From Candidatus Marinacidobacterium sp. (GTDB lineage: Bacteria > Acidobacteriota > Vicinamibacteria > Marinacidobacterales > Marinacidobacteraceae): a stretch of 64,000 nt of DNA. Shown in pieces: positions 55,864-64,000 of the stretch; the first letter of the stretch is position 1, and each line of letters begins with the position of its first letter. The position numbers and the translations under genes were made by a program. A model generated the notes under the pieces. The model saw only the letters and a program-made list of their open reading frames with translations. It was not told where the DNA came from and did no database searches. The stretch spans positions 1-64,000 of the forward strand of contig CBDCRI010000001.1 in assembly GCA_965220965.1 (NCBI GenBank). Direction: 5' to 3'.

Positions 55864-56895
55864 TCAGCCGACCACGCCGATGCCCATGATGAAGGGGAAG
55901 ACCTGGTAGATGACCCAGACCGCCACGACCCAGCAGACCACCTGCACGGCGAGGGCCACGTTGCCGTAGATGTCCTCCAGGTCCTCCTCGATCTTGATGA
56001 TGCCGACCTCGAAGCCCTTGCTGAGGACCTGCGGGTCCATCGTCGGGGCGCCCTCGCGCACGGCGGCGGCCTCCTCCGACCGGAGCATGTGGTGCTCCAT
56101 GCTCGCCACCAGGTCGTAGCCCTCCTCGACGAGGTGCGAGACGCGGTGCGTCATCAGGCTGTGCCAGGGGTTCTGGCGGAAGGCCTGCCGCCAGACGTCG
56201 ATCACGGCGGCCGGGGAGGCGCCGAGCCCGATCAGGACCTTCCCGAGGCGCAGGCACTCGGCGCCGAACAGGCGGTCCGAGATGCGGAACATCCCGTACT
56301 TGGCGGCCAGCAGCCGGTAGGGCTCGGGCAGCGAACGCCCCATCCAGGCGACCGCCGCCCAAAGGGCGAGCGGCACGCCGAGCGCAAGGTGCCAGTTGGC
56401 GACCAGCGCCTCCCCGTAGCCCACCCAGGCCGGCGCCTCCGACGCCAGCGCCAGCAGCAGCTCGCGCTGCGTGGCCATGCCCCCCAGGATGAGCAGCGAG
56501 ATCAGCGCCGCCATGATCGGGTTGCGGCTCGGCTCGATGACCTTGTGCCACATGTTGAGGCGCGCCCGGGTCTCGTCCACCAGGATGTTCAGGATGTCCG
56601 TGAGCCGCTCGTTCTCCTCCCCGATGGCGAGCATCGCGGCCTCGACCTCGGTGAAGTAGCCGTCGTCGCCCAGCCCCGGCATGTACAGGCCAGTCGTCGG
56701 CTGCTGGGCGATGCAGTGCGAGCAGAGCTTCCTGGACACCGGATGGGAGGCGTCGCGGGCCAGCATGGCGAGCGTTCGCCCGATGGGGATGCCCGCGTTG
56801 AGGTACCTGAGCACGGCCTGCAGGAGCCGCCGCCGCTCCTTCCGGTCGAACCGGACGCCCCTGCGCCAAAGCACGGCCAGCGGCCTGAGGATCAT
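55864..56895 (-). CDS. pilR: Type IVB pilus platform protein (GspF/PilR family)
   Basis: YLNAGIPIGRTL, EAAMLAIGEENERL, 3 TM segments. ATGA-coupled to pilQ. Confidence 0.8.
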   Translation of the reverse strand: MILRPLAVLWRRGVRFDRKERRRLLQAVLRYLNAGIPIGRTLAMLARDASHPVSRKLCSHCIAQQPTTGLYMPGLGDDGYFTEVEAAMLAIGEENERLTDILNILVDETRARLNMWHKVIEPSRNPIMAALISLLILGGMATQRELLLALASEAPAWVGYGEALVANWHLALGVPLALWAAVAWMGRSLPEPYRLLAAKYGMFRISDRLFGAECLRLGKVLIGLGASPAAVIDVWRQAFRQNPWHSLMTHRVSHLVEEGYDLVASMEHHMLRSEEAAAVREGAPTMDPQVLSKGFEVGIIKIEEDLEDIYGNVALAVQVVCWVVAVWVIYQVFPFIMGIGVVG

Positions 56896-58526
56896 GCGGC
56901 CATGGGCTCCCTGCGCTCGTGCGGGAAGGCGTCCGCGGTGATTCGCTCCGTTCGGATCTCTACCTGCTCCGGGTCGAGGGCGCCGGTCACGATCTTGGAG
57001 AAGCCGTGGGCGCGCATGGTGACCATGCCGCACTCGTCGATGAGGTAGCGGTCCATGGTCGAGAAGTCCCCGCGGGCGTAGAACTTCCGGATCTGGGCGT
57101 CGACCGTCATCACCTCCGCAACCAGCGTTTGCCCTTCGAATCCCTCGAGGCACCGCGGGCAGCCGTCCGGGTTGCGGAAGCGCATGTTCTCCGCCGACGG
57201 GTGGATGCCGGTGAGCCGCTCCACCAGCCGCCGCCTGCGGTCCCCAAGGTGTTTCAGGCTGCGCATCGGCACGCTGCAGTGCCGGCAGCTCACCGGAATC
57301 AGCTTCTGCGCGACGCCGCCGCGCAGGAAGTTCGGCAGGGTCAGCAGGTGCTCCTTCATGCCGAGCGTGACCAGCCGGGCGTGAATGCCGACGACGCCCT
57401 CGGTGTGCAGGGTCGACAGCACCACCTTGCCCTGCTCCGCAAGGATGCCCGCCGAGAGGATCGTGTCCTCGTCGCGGATCTCGCCGAGCACCAGCACGTC
57501 GGTGTCCTGGCGGACGGTGGCGCCCATCAGCAGCTTGGCCAGATCGCGCTCCCGTTCGTTGTTCGACGGCACCGGCACGTGGATGCAGTTCGGCAGGTAG
57601 GCCTCGACCGGATCGGCCATCTCCAGCACGCAGCGCTCCTCGGGGATCGCGCTCATCACCGCGTTGAGGCTCGTGCTCTTGCCGGAGTTGGTGGGGCCCA
57701 CGAACAGGAAGATGCCCTGGGCGTAGGCGCTCACCTCCCGGATCACCTCCAGATGCGACTCATGGTAGCCGGCCTCGTCCAGGTTCTGCACGTCGGTCGG
57801 CGAGCGCAGCCGCGCCACCAGCTTCATGCCGCCGTGCACCAAGGGCAGGGTGTTGAGGCGGACGGTGTACATCTTGCGCTCGCCGCCGGCCGGCGCGTGC
57901 TCGTACTCGAACATGCCGTCGCCAGGCCCGTCGCTGGGCATGTTGCCGGCGCCGAACGACGGGCCGGTGAAGTAGGAGCGGATCAGCTTGGCGGCCTGCT
58001 CCTCGGTGATGTCGCTGACGTCCACCAGCATGCCGTGGATGCGCAGCCGGATGCGGCTGACGAAGCCGCGCTCGCGGCGCGCCTCGATGTGGATGTCGGA
58101 GGCGTTGCGCTCGATCGCCTGCTGCAGGATCGAGTTGCCGTCGAGCTTGCCGACTTTGTGGCCCTCCACGACGGCCGCCGACCGATAGCCCAGGTCGCGG
58201 TGGTCGCGGCCCTCCAGCGTGCGCTGCAGCACGGTCTGGAACACCGGCGAGGAAACGACCCGCAGGCGCCCTCCCAAGCCGCCGGAGGCGACGCCGAGCT
58301 CCTGCAGTATGTCGTTGATCCGGGCGAACTCCTGCGTCCCGGAGGTGGTCTCCGGCACGTAGACCAGCCCGTCGACGTCGACCACGAACAGTTGGCGCGC
58401 CTGCCCGCGCTTGGCGTGCTCCGCGCGCAGCCACTCCAGCAACGGGCCGTTCGAGAGCAGTTGAACCCGATCGAAGTGGTCGATCGAGCGGATGGCGGCG
58501 CGCGCGCCGTTGGCGGCGCCCTTCAC
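56892..58526 (-). CDS. pilQ: Type IV pilus assembly ATPase (GspE/PilQ family)
   Basis: ASDIHIE, RLRIHG, GPTNSGKST, DPVE, RQDTDVLVLGEIRD, STLH, AQKLIP, CxxC pairs. Confidence 0.92.
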   Translation of the reverse strand: MKGAANGARAAIRSIDHFDRVQLLSNGPLLEWLRAEHAKRGQARQLFVVDVDGLVYVPETTSGTQEFARINDILQELGVASGGLGGRLRVVSSPVFQTVLQRTLEGRDHRDLGYRSAAVVEGHKVGKLDGNSILQQAIERNASDIHIEARRERGFVSRIRLRIHGMLVDVSDITEEQAAKLIRSYFTGPSFGAGNMPSDGPGDGMFEYEHAPAGGERKMYTVRLNTLPLVHGGMKLVARLRSPTDVQNLDEAGYHESHLEVIREVSAYAQGIFLFVGPTNSGKSTSLNAVMSAIPEERCVLEMADPVEAYLPNCIHVPVPSNNERERDLAKLLMGATVRQDTDVLVLGEIRDEDTILSAGILAEQGKVVLSTLHTEGVVGIHARLVTLGMKEHLLTLPNFLRGGVAQKLIPVSCRHCSVPMRSLKHLGDRRRRLVERLTGIHPSAENMRFRNPDGCPRCLEGFEGQTLVAEVMTVDAQIRKFYARGDFSTMDRYLIDECGMVTMRAHGFSKIVTGALDPEQVEIRTERITADAFPHERREPMAA

Positions 58527-59293
58527 GCGCGCCCCCCGGGCGCGGCCGCGCCGCGCCTGGCCTGGCCGGGCGAGTAGCGCAGCTCGAACTGCTCGCCGGT
58601 GGTGACGTTCTCCATCTCCATCTGCCAGCCGGCGGCCTGCGGCTCCGCGCTCAGGACCCGGTACAGGTTGCCGTCGTGGCGGAACTCCTCGCCCCGGCGG
58701 ACGATGGTGACCTGCGCGGTGACGCCGTCGTCGAGCAGGCGCATCACGGCGATGCGCACCGGCTCCACCACGGTCATGCTGACCACGCTCAGGGCCGCGT
58801 TGCGGCCGCGGTCGAGCGTCACCAGGCTGTCAATCCGCTCCCCGCCCGGCCCGCCCGCCGCCGGGCCGCCGGCCTGCGGCTGGGCCGCCGTCCCCGCGCC
58901 GCCGGCCACGGCCCGCTCGGCGATCATCTCGGAGACGACCGCCTCCACGCGCGACTCGAGCAGCGCAAGGATGCCGTCCTCGTCGCGCTCCCCCTTCTCG
59001 CGGATGGCCTCAAGGGCCTTGCGCAGCATCTCGGTCTCCGCCCCGTCGCCCATGATGGCCAGGGCGGCCTCCGGCGAGAGGCTGTTGGCCGCCTCCAGCT
59101 GGTTCATTATCTCCAGCACGTCGGACAGGATGCGCTTGGACTGCTCGCGCTCGAGGTGGCGCTGGCTCTCCATGGGGTCGATGGTGATCGGCGGGGCGGC
59201 GGGGGAGGGGCCGTCGACCTCCTGCGCCCGGCCCGCGGCGGCCAGCGCCAGCGCCAGCGCCGCGGCCAGCGCCCCCCGCATCGCGGCCGTCAC
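58523..59293 (-). CDS. pilP: PilP-like pilus assembly protein
   Basis: Signal peptide, helical/coiled region and C-terminal beta domain. Lies between pilO and pilQ with GTGA overlaps. Confidence 0.55.
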   Translation of the reverse strand: MTAAMRGALAAALALALAAAGRAQEVDGPSPAAPPITIDPMESQRHLEREQSKRILSDVLEIMNQLEAANSLSPEAALAIMGDGAETEMLRKALEAIREKGERDEDGILALLESRVEAVVSEMIAERAVAGGAGTAAQPQAGGPAAGGPGGERIDSLVTLDRGRNAALSVVSMTVVEPVRIAVMRLLDDGVTAQVTIVRRGEEFRHDGNLYRVLSAEPQAAGWQMEMENVTTGEQFELRYSPGQARRGAAAPGGRA

Positions 59294-60519
59294 GACGCCC
59301 CCCCCAGCGCGGAGGGGCCGAAGGCGGTGATCTGCACGTCGAGGTTGCGCCTCTGGCCGTCCGCCTGGTAGGTGACGGAGGCGGCGTCCATGCGGCACTG
59401 CATGTCGGCCAGCAGCGTCTCGAACAGGTGCAGCGCGTGGCCGTCGCCGCTGCTGTGCGCGAAGGAGACCTTGTACTCCTTGCCGCCCTCCATGTCCTCG
59501 ATGCTGCCGAGGCGAAGCGTGCCGCCGCGCTGCTCCACCGGGATGCGCCAGCGGCTGTACCAGAGCTCCATGTCCAGCCCCTCCGAGGCCAGCGCCTCCT
59601 CCGGCGCCCAGCGCTCGTCCATCTCCACCGTCCAGCCGCCCACGTCGTGGCGCAGGCGGCCGCCCTCGCGCGCCGCGAAGTCCCGCAGCGCCTCGACCCG
59701 GCGCCCGACGCTCCAGTCGCCGCCCGACCACGTCGCCAGCCCGTCGGCGTCCATGTGCAGGGCGCTGACGCCCTGCCCGCGGACCGCCCAGTCCTTGGCG
59801 AGCAGGCGCTTGAACCCGGCCCACTGGACCGGGCAGAGGTTGCGGCGGCTGTCCAGGATCGCCCGCTGGACCTGCAGGCGCGCCTGCTCGGCGAGGCGCT
59901 CCAGGCGCAGCCGCTCCTCGGCGCCGTCGTCCTGGAGCTGCGCGTGCACGCCCCAGGCGGCGAGCAGCAGCGCCGGGACGGTGAGCTGGGCCGGGTGCAG
60001 CCAGCCCTGGGCCAGGAACGCCAGGCCCGGACGGCGGTAGCGCGAGCGCTCGATGTCGTCGAAGGGCAGGTCCACCGCGAGGTCGTCGCTGTCGCAGACC
60101 GCCTGGCGGTGCTCGCCCTCCAGCACCCGGGCGCTCTCGCCGAGCGTCCTGACCTCGGCCTTCACCCGGTCGGCGCCGTCGAGCATGCCCTCCTCGCTCA
60201 CCGAGCCGTACTCGATCCGGGCGCGGTAGGCCCTGGCGCGCTGGGGGATGAACAGTTCGCAGATCTCCGGCAGCTCGGCCCATCCCGGCGCCTCGGCGCG
60301 CACGCTGCGCTCGATGTGCGCGGCCAGCGAGTAGCCGGGGTTGCGGGAGTAGCGCACCCGGTTGCCGCCGACCACGACCACGTACTTGGCGCGCGCGCGC
60401 AGCGCCTCCCGGTAAGGCTTCCAGAGCCGGTCCATGCCGGACAGGGACTGCACCCGCGGCTGGATGCGGATCACGCAGTCAAGCGTGCGGCCGGCGCCCA
60501 CGGACAGCGTCTGGATCAT
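59290..60519 (-). CDS. pilO: PilO-like pilus accessory protein
   Basis: YSLAAHI motif, central TM and periplasmic domain. Position after the secretin. Confidence 0.6.
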   Translation of the reverse strand: MIQTLSVGAGRTLDCVIRIQPRVQSLSGMDRLWKPYREALRARAKYVVVVGGNRVRYSRNPGYSLAAHIERSVRAEAPGWAELPEICELFIPQRARAYRARIEYGSVSEEGMLDGADRVKAEVRTLGESARVLEGEHRQAVCDSDDLAVDLPFDDIERSRYRRPGLAFLAQGWLHPAQLTVPALLLAAWGVHAQLQDDGAEERLRLERLAEQARLQVQRAILDSRRNLCPVQWAGFKRLLAKDWAVRGQGVSALHMDADGLATWSGGDWSVGRRVEALRDFAAREGGRLRHDVGGWTVEMDERWAPEEALASEGLDMELWYSRWRIPVEQRGGTLRLGSIEDMEGGKEYKVSFAHSSGDGHALHLFETLLADMQCRMDAASVTYQADGQRRNLDVQITAFGPSALGGAS

Positions 60520-60526
60520 GGCGCCC

Positions 60527-62077
60527 TCACCACCCGGCGATGCTCATCTGCAGCAGCATCAGGGTCTCCACCACGCGGCCCTCCTTGGAGCCGGTCCGGC
60601 CCCAGCGCCCGATGCCGGCGATGCGCGTCGCCGAGTCGAGCACCGTCCGGCGGGCGATGTTGGTCGCCAGCTTCGGCTCGCCCGAGGCCAGGTTCATGCT
60701 GATCAGGTGGTTCGGCCCGCTGATCGTCGGCAGCGTCAGGAAGTCCTCGCCGATGGTGACCCGCTCCAGCGCCGTCAGCTCGGCCAGCGACAGCGCGATC
60801 TGCAGGTGCCCCTCGTCGTCCTGCAGGGTCGGCAGGATCGAGAGGGCCACCCCCTCCTTGACCTGCTTGATCTCCACCTCCGGGCTCTGCGGCACCGTGA
60901 AGTCGGACCGGCGGGGATAGGTGATCTTGGCCACGTAATCGCGGGTGCGCACGTCCTCGATGTTCGCCACCTGGCCGTTGATCACCTCCAGCGAGAACTC
61001 CGACACGATGGCGGCGTCGGAGAAGGTGCGCAGGGCGTCTAGCAGGCCGTTCACCGTGGCGCTCCACGAGGGGCGCTCCGCGGTGCCGGTGAGGATGTAC
61101 TGGGAGGGCGCGGCCAGGCCGCTGACCTCGCCGGCCTGGGTCAGCGCGCCCTCCGCCGCCGCGTCGGCCGCCCCCGCCAGCGGGCCGAAGCTCAGCCCCT
61201 CGCGGCCCGCCCCCCAGATGCGCGACAGGTTGGCGTCCACGTCGATGCGGGTGGCGGACCGCTCGTCGCTGCGCACCTCGTAGAGCACGATCTGGACGTA
61301 GGCGCGCCGGGCGACGGCGGCGTTGTGGCGGGCGACCAGCCGGCGCGCCTCGCGCACCAGGCTCGGCGAGCCGCGCACCACGATCGAGCGGCTGCCCTCG
61401 GGGAACAGGAACTGGAAGCGCTTGCGGTCCACGCTGCGGGCGGCCGCCGCCGTCCGCCGGGCGCGCTCCTCGATCGCCCCCAGCGCCGCTTCCAGGTCGG
61501 CCAGGGCCGAGCCGTCGAGGGACACCGAGGCGCCCTGGGCGCCGGACGAGACGTCGTTCAGGCTGTTCAGGGTCAGCGAGGCGCTGCGGGTGCCCAGCGG
61601 GCTCTTCAAGGGCAGCACGTCGGACTCCTCGGCGGTGACCGTCAGGTGCGCGTCGCGCACCGTGTAGGCCCAGTCGAGCTGCGCCAGCAGGGCGTCGAGG
61701 GCGTCCGCCACCGTGAACACCCCGGGATTGCCGAGCACCGCGCCGCTCACCTCGCGGGCCTCGGGCGGGTCGTCGCCGCGGGCCTCCGGGTCGAGCGACC
61801 AGGTGGCGTCGACCAGCATCAGGTCGAGCAGGGTGTCGAGCGCCAGCCGGCCGGCCGGCGCCAGCCCGTGCTGGCGCAGCAGCCACGGCGGGGAGTCGCG
61901 CCGCAGCACCAGCTTGGGCGGCGTGACGCTGCCCATCTCCACGTGCCCGCCCCAGGCGTCGCGGGCCTCGCGCATCTCGGCGGCCGCCCCTTGCGTCTGC
62001 GAGGGCCGGTTCGGGTCGACGGCGCAGCCGGCCAGGCCGCAGAGCGCCGCCGCCCAAAGCAGGGCGCGCGCGCTCAC
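60527..62077 (-). CDS. pilN: Type IVB pilus secretin lipoprotein
   Basis: Lipobox LAGC; SIVVRGSP; VQIVLYEV; LLDAL; INGQVA..RDYVAKI; GVALSILP; LPTI. Confidence 0.85.
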   Translation of the reverse strand: MSARALLWAAALCGLAGCAVDPNRPSQTQGAAAEMREARDAWGGHVEMGSVTPPKLVLRRDSPPWLLRQHGLAPAGRLALDTLLDLMLVDATWSLDPEARGDDPPEAREVSGAVLGNPGVFTVADALDALLAQLDWAYTVRDAHLTVTAEESDVLPLKSPLGTRSASLTLNSLNDVSSGAQGASVSLDGSALADLEAALGAIEERARRTAAAARSVDRKRFQFLFPEGSRSIVVRGSPSLVREARRLVARHNAAVARRAYVQIVLYEVRSDERSATRIDVDANLSRIWGAGREGLSFGPLAGAADAAAEGALTQAGEVSGLAAPSQYILTGTAERPSWSATVNGLLDALRTFSDAAIVSEFSLEVINGQVANIEDVRTRDYVAKITYPRRSDFTVPQSPEVEIKQVKEGVALSILPTLQDDEGHLQIALSLAELTALERVTIGEDFLTLPTISGPNHLISMNLASGEPKLATNIARRTVLDSATRIAGIGRWGRTGSKEGRVVETLMLLQMSIAGW

Positions 62078-63360
62078 CGCCCGCCCCCCGCGGCCGGCCG
62101 CGCCAGCCTGGCGCCCTGGGCGGGCTGGAAGTCCAGGGTGCGGTCGAGCGCGTTGACGCGGATGTGGAAGCCGAACAGGCGCCCCAGGTCACGCAGCATG
62201 GCGGTCAGGTCCGGCGGCGACAGGTGCAGCGCGGAGCGCCGCACCTCGTAGTCGAAGCGCGGGTTGCCGTCGCCGTCCATGGCCTCCAGCTCGTTGTGGC
62301 CGAACCGCCAGCGCCCGACCGAGTGCCGGTAGTCCGAGGCGATGGCGCCGATGGCCTCGCGCAGCGACCCCCGGGGGGCCATGATGGGGTAGAGCATCTG
62401 CGGGCCCGGCACGCCGGCCGGCCGGTCCACGTCGAGCTCCAGCCAGCGCCCGCGCTCGCGCCCGCGGCCGCCGACGCGCTCCAGCAGGCGCGCCATCCAG
62501 TCGCAGACGGTGTGCGGCGCGGCGCCGGCGGCGCCGCCGGCCCCGATGTCCAGCCCGGCGATGCCGGAGCCGTCGAGAGCGGCGATGAAGTCGGCGGACA
62601 CCCGCATCGGGATGTCCGACACGGTGCGGAACCGGTCGAGGAGCAGCCATGAGGGGGTGGGGCGCTCGGCGATGGCGTAGGCGTTCAGCTCGGCGGCGCT
62701 GCGCTGCCAGCGCGGCGCCAGCAGGTCGCCGTCGAGCCGCGCCGCGCAGGCGAGGGCGCCGCCCGGCGCGCGCCCGCCCGGCGGGCCGGCGACGCTGACG
62801 CGCTCCCTGCCCAGCGGCCGCGGGGGCTCCACCGCGGGGCCGACCCGGCCGGTGCCCGGCTTGGTGGGGGCCTCGAGGACGTCGCTGACGCGGCCCTCGC
62901 CGTAGGGCGACTCGCTGCCCCCGGGATCCTTGCCGACCGGCCAGGCCTCGTCCCACTCGTCGCGCCCGTCGGCGCCCCGGACGTCCTCCCGGGCCGCCGC
63001 GGCGCCGCCCGCGCCCTCGACTTCCGGCCCCTCGGCCCGCTCGCCGTCCGCGGGGCCGGGGTCCTTGCCGACCGGCCAGCCGTCGTCCCACTCGTCGCTC
63101 GCCGGGCCGGCGGCCAAGCCGACGAAGCGGATGCGGTCGCGGCCCGACTCGCCGGGCCGGCGCTGGCCCTCGGAGCCGGCGGCGGCGGGCGCCGAGGCCA
63201 GCGCCACGAAGCCGCCGTCGGGCGGCGGCCCGAGCGCCAGGCAGGCCTGCGCCGACTCGCTCCACAAGCCCCCGGGGCAGCGCCCGTCGGGGCCCGGCTG
63301 CGCCGCCGCGGACGCCGCCAGCAGGGCGGCCAGAGCGGCGGCGGCCCGAGGCGCGCTCAC
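62074..63360 (-). CDS. Secreted PilL-like protein with internal peptide repeat
   Basis: Signal peptide; position before pilN; C-terminal GSLREAIGAIASDY..W..DY resembles a TcpQ-like domain; DEWD..WPVGKDPG occurs twice. Confidence 0.5.
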   Translation of the reverse strand: MSAPRAAAALAALLAASAAAQPGPDGRCPGGLWSESAQACLALGPPPDGGFVALASAPAAAGSEGQRRPGESGRDRIRFVGLAAGPASDEWDDGWPVGKDPGPADGERAEGPEVEGAGGAAAAREDVRGADGRDEWDEAWPVGKDPGGSESPYGEGRVSDVLEAPTKPGTGRVGPAVEPPRPLGRERVSVAGPPGGRAPGGALACAARLDGDLLAPRWQRSAAELNAYAIAERPTPSWLLLDRFRTVSDIPMRVSADFIAALDGSGIAGLDIGAGGAAGAAPHTVCDWMARLLERVGGRGRERGRWLELDVDRPAGVPGPQMLYPIMAPRGSLREAIGAIASDYRHSVGRWRFGHNELEAMDGDGNPRFDYEVRRSALHLSPPDLTAMLRDLGRLFGFHIRVNALDRTLDFQPAQGARLARPAAGGGR

Positions 63361-64000
63361 GGGGCGGGCTCCGGAGGGAACCCGTCGGCCGGGTCGATGG
63401 CGAACAGGCGCCAGGCGTCCGGCTCGGCGAACGCCGACCTCGACCGGATGCTGTGCCGCTCGGTGACCTCGGCCAGCACGGCGCCGTCGATGCGCGCGTG
63501 GATGACCTCGCCCTCGACCTCCGGCGGCGAGATGCGCCCCTCGAGGAGCAGGCGCAGGTAGCGCACGCGGCCGGCGTAGGCGCCCTGCAGGCCGGTCATC
63601 CGCGAGACCATCTCGTAGCGGGCCTGGGCGGTGCCGGCGTCCCAGCCCTCGCGGGCGCCGGCCTCCCACTGGCGCCGCTCCCAGCGCCCCTTGGGCAGCT
63701 GCGAGGGGTGCGGGTCGGCGACCGAGGCGCGGTCGCTGAGGATCAGCCAGCTGCGCCAGTTGGGCGGCTGCGGCACCAGCCGGGCCGGCTCGGCGATCTC
63801 CCAGACGCCGCTCTCGCGCACGATGCGGGTGCCGTCGGGCAGCGCGTCCGTGCGCTCGTCCATGTGGCGGACGGCCGGCGGCAGCAGGTGCGCGCCGCGG
63901 TCCTGCTGCGGAAACGCCTTCATCAGCAGCCCGAAGTCGTAGACCTTGTCGATCTCCGGGCCGTGGGCGATGAGCTCGGCCTCCAGGCGGCGCATCTCCC
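63357..64000 (-). CDS. dotC: DotC (TraI)-like T4BSS protein (5' end outside window)
   Basis: IDKVYDF..LM, LLPPAV, WEIAEPARLV..PPNWRSWL, W..G.REGW.AG..QA, Y.GRVRY..LL..G.IS.P.V. Confidence 0.88.
   Translation of the reverse strand, partial: EMRRLEAELIAHGPEIDKVYDFGLLMKAFPQQDRGAHLLPPAVRHMDERTDALPDGTRIVRESGVWEIAEPARLVPQPPNWRSWLILSDRASVADPHPSQLPKGRWERRQWEAGAREGWDAGTAQARYEMVSRMTGLQGAYAGRVRYLRLLLEGRISPPEVEGEVIHARIDGAVLAEVTERHSIRSRSAFAEPDAWRLFAIDPADGFPPEPAP

Larger units (their letters stand above)
1..64000. mobile_element. Part of a large conjugative plasmid/ICE with Dot/Icm-type T4BSS and type IVB pilus
   Basis: Co-occurrence of dotC/G/H/I-like genes, pilN-O-P-Q-R, parA plus RHH partner, several TA pairs, a polyvalent-type peptidase, a thermonuclease and its own dnaE/dnaQ. 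No housekeeping operons. Element ends are not visible. Confidence 0.8.

Noticed and set aside
1-64000. tRNA, rRNA, integrase, relaxase/oriT or Rep genes
   Set aside because: None recognised by eye, so plasmid versus integrated state cannot be decided from this window.

Overview
Very GC-rich 64-kb segment that reads as part of a large conjugative plasmid or ICE. No rRNA, tRNA, integrase, relaxase or Rep gene was recognised. Backbone: Dot/Icm-type (T4BSS) genes (dotI-like x2, dotH, dotG, dotF-like at 39-45.5 kb; dotC at the right edge), an R64-like type IVB pilus operon (pilL-like, N, O, P, Q, R at 55.9-63.4 kb), a parA plus RHH partition pair, a DNA-replication module (dnaQ-like, ExoI-like, polyvalent-type metallopeptidase, dnaE) and a candidate origin (AT-rich patch plus 11-bp repeats at ~36 kb). 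Cargo: (i) a tandem array of at least six ~410-aa Cys-rich LRR genes plus one stub, with a shared 51-bp leader before three of them, mosaic structure, substitutions concentrated on the predicted binding face and a P(S/A)P C-terminus in the five complete copies; (ii) a convergent P-loop ATPase-ankyrin-transposase-like fusion; (iii) a TA/defence-like block (PIN pair, ASCH, three AbiEii-type pairs) containing an orphan, promoter-preceded type I-E-like repeat-spacer-repeat; (iv) three pilin-like genes followed by two secreted thrombospondin-1-repeat proteins with a shared N-terminus, shuffled modules and unrelated tips, flanking a metzincin lipoprotein; (v) a fatty-acid desaturase and a thermonuclease. 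All calls come from motifs read by eye, with no database searches. A host-associated (for example invertebrate-symbiont) origin is inference only.
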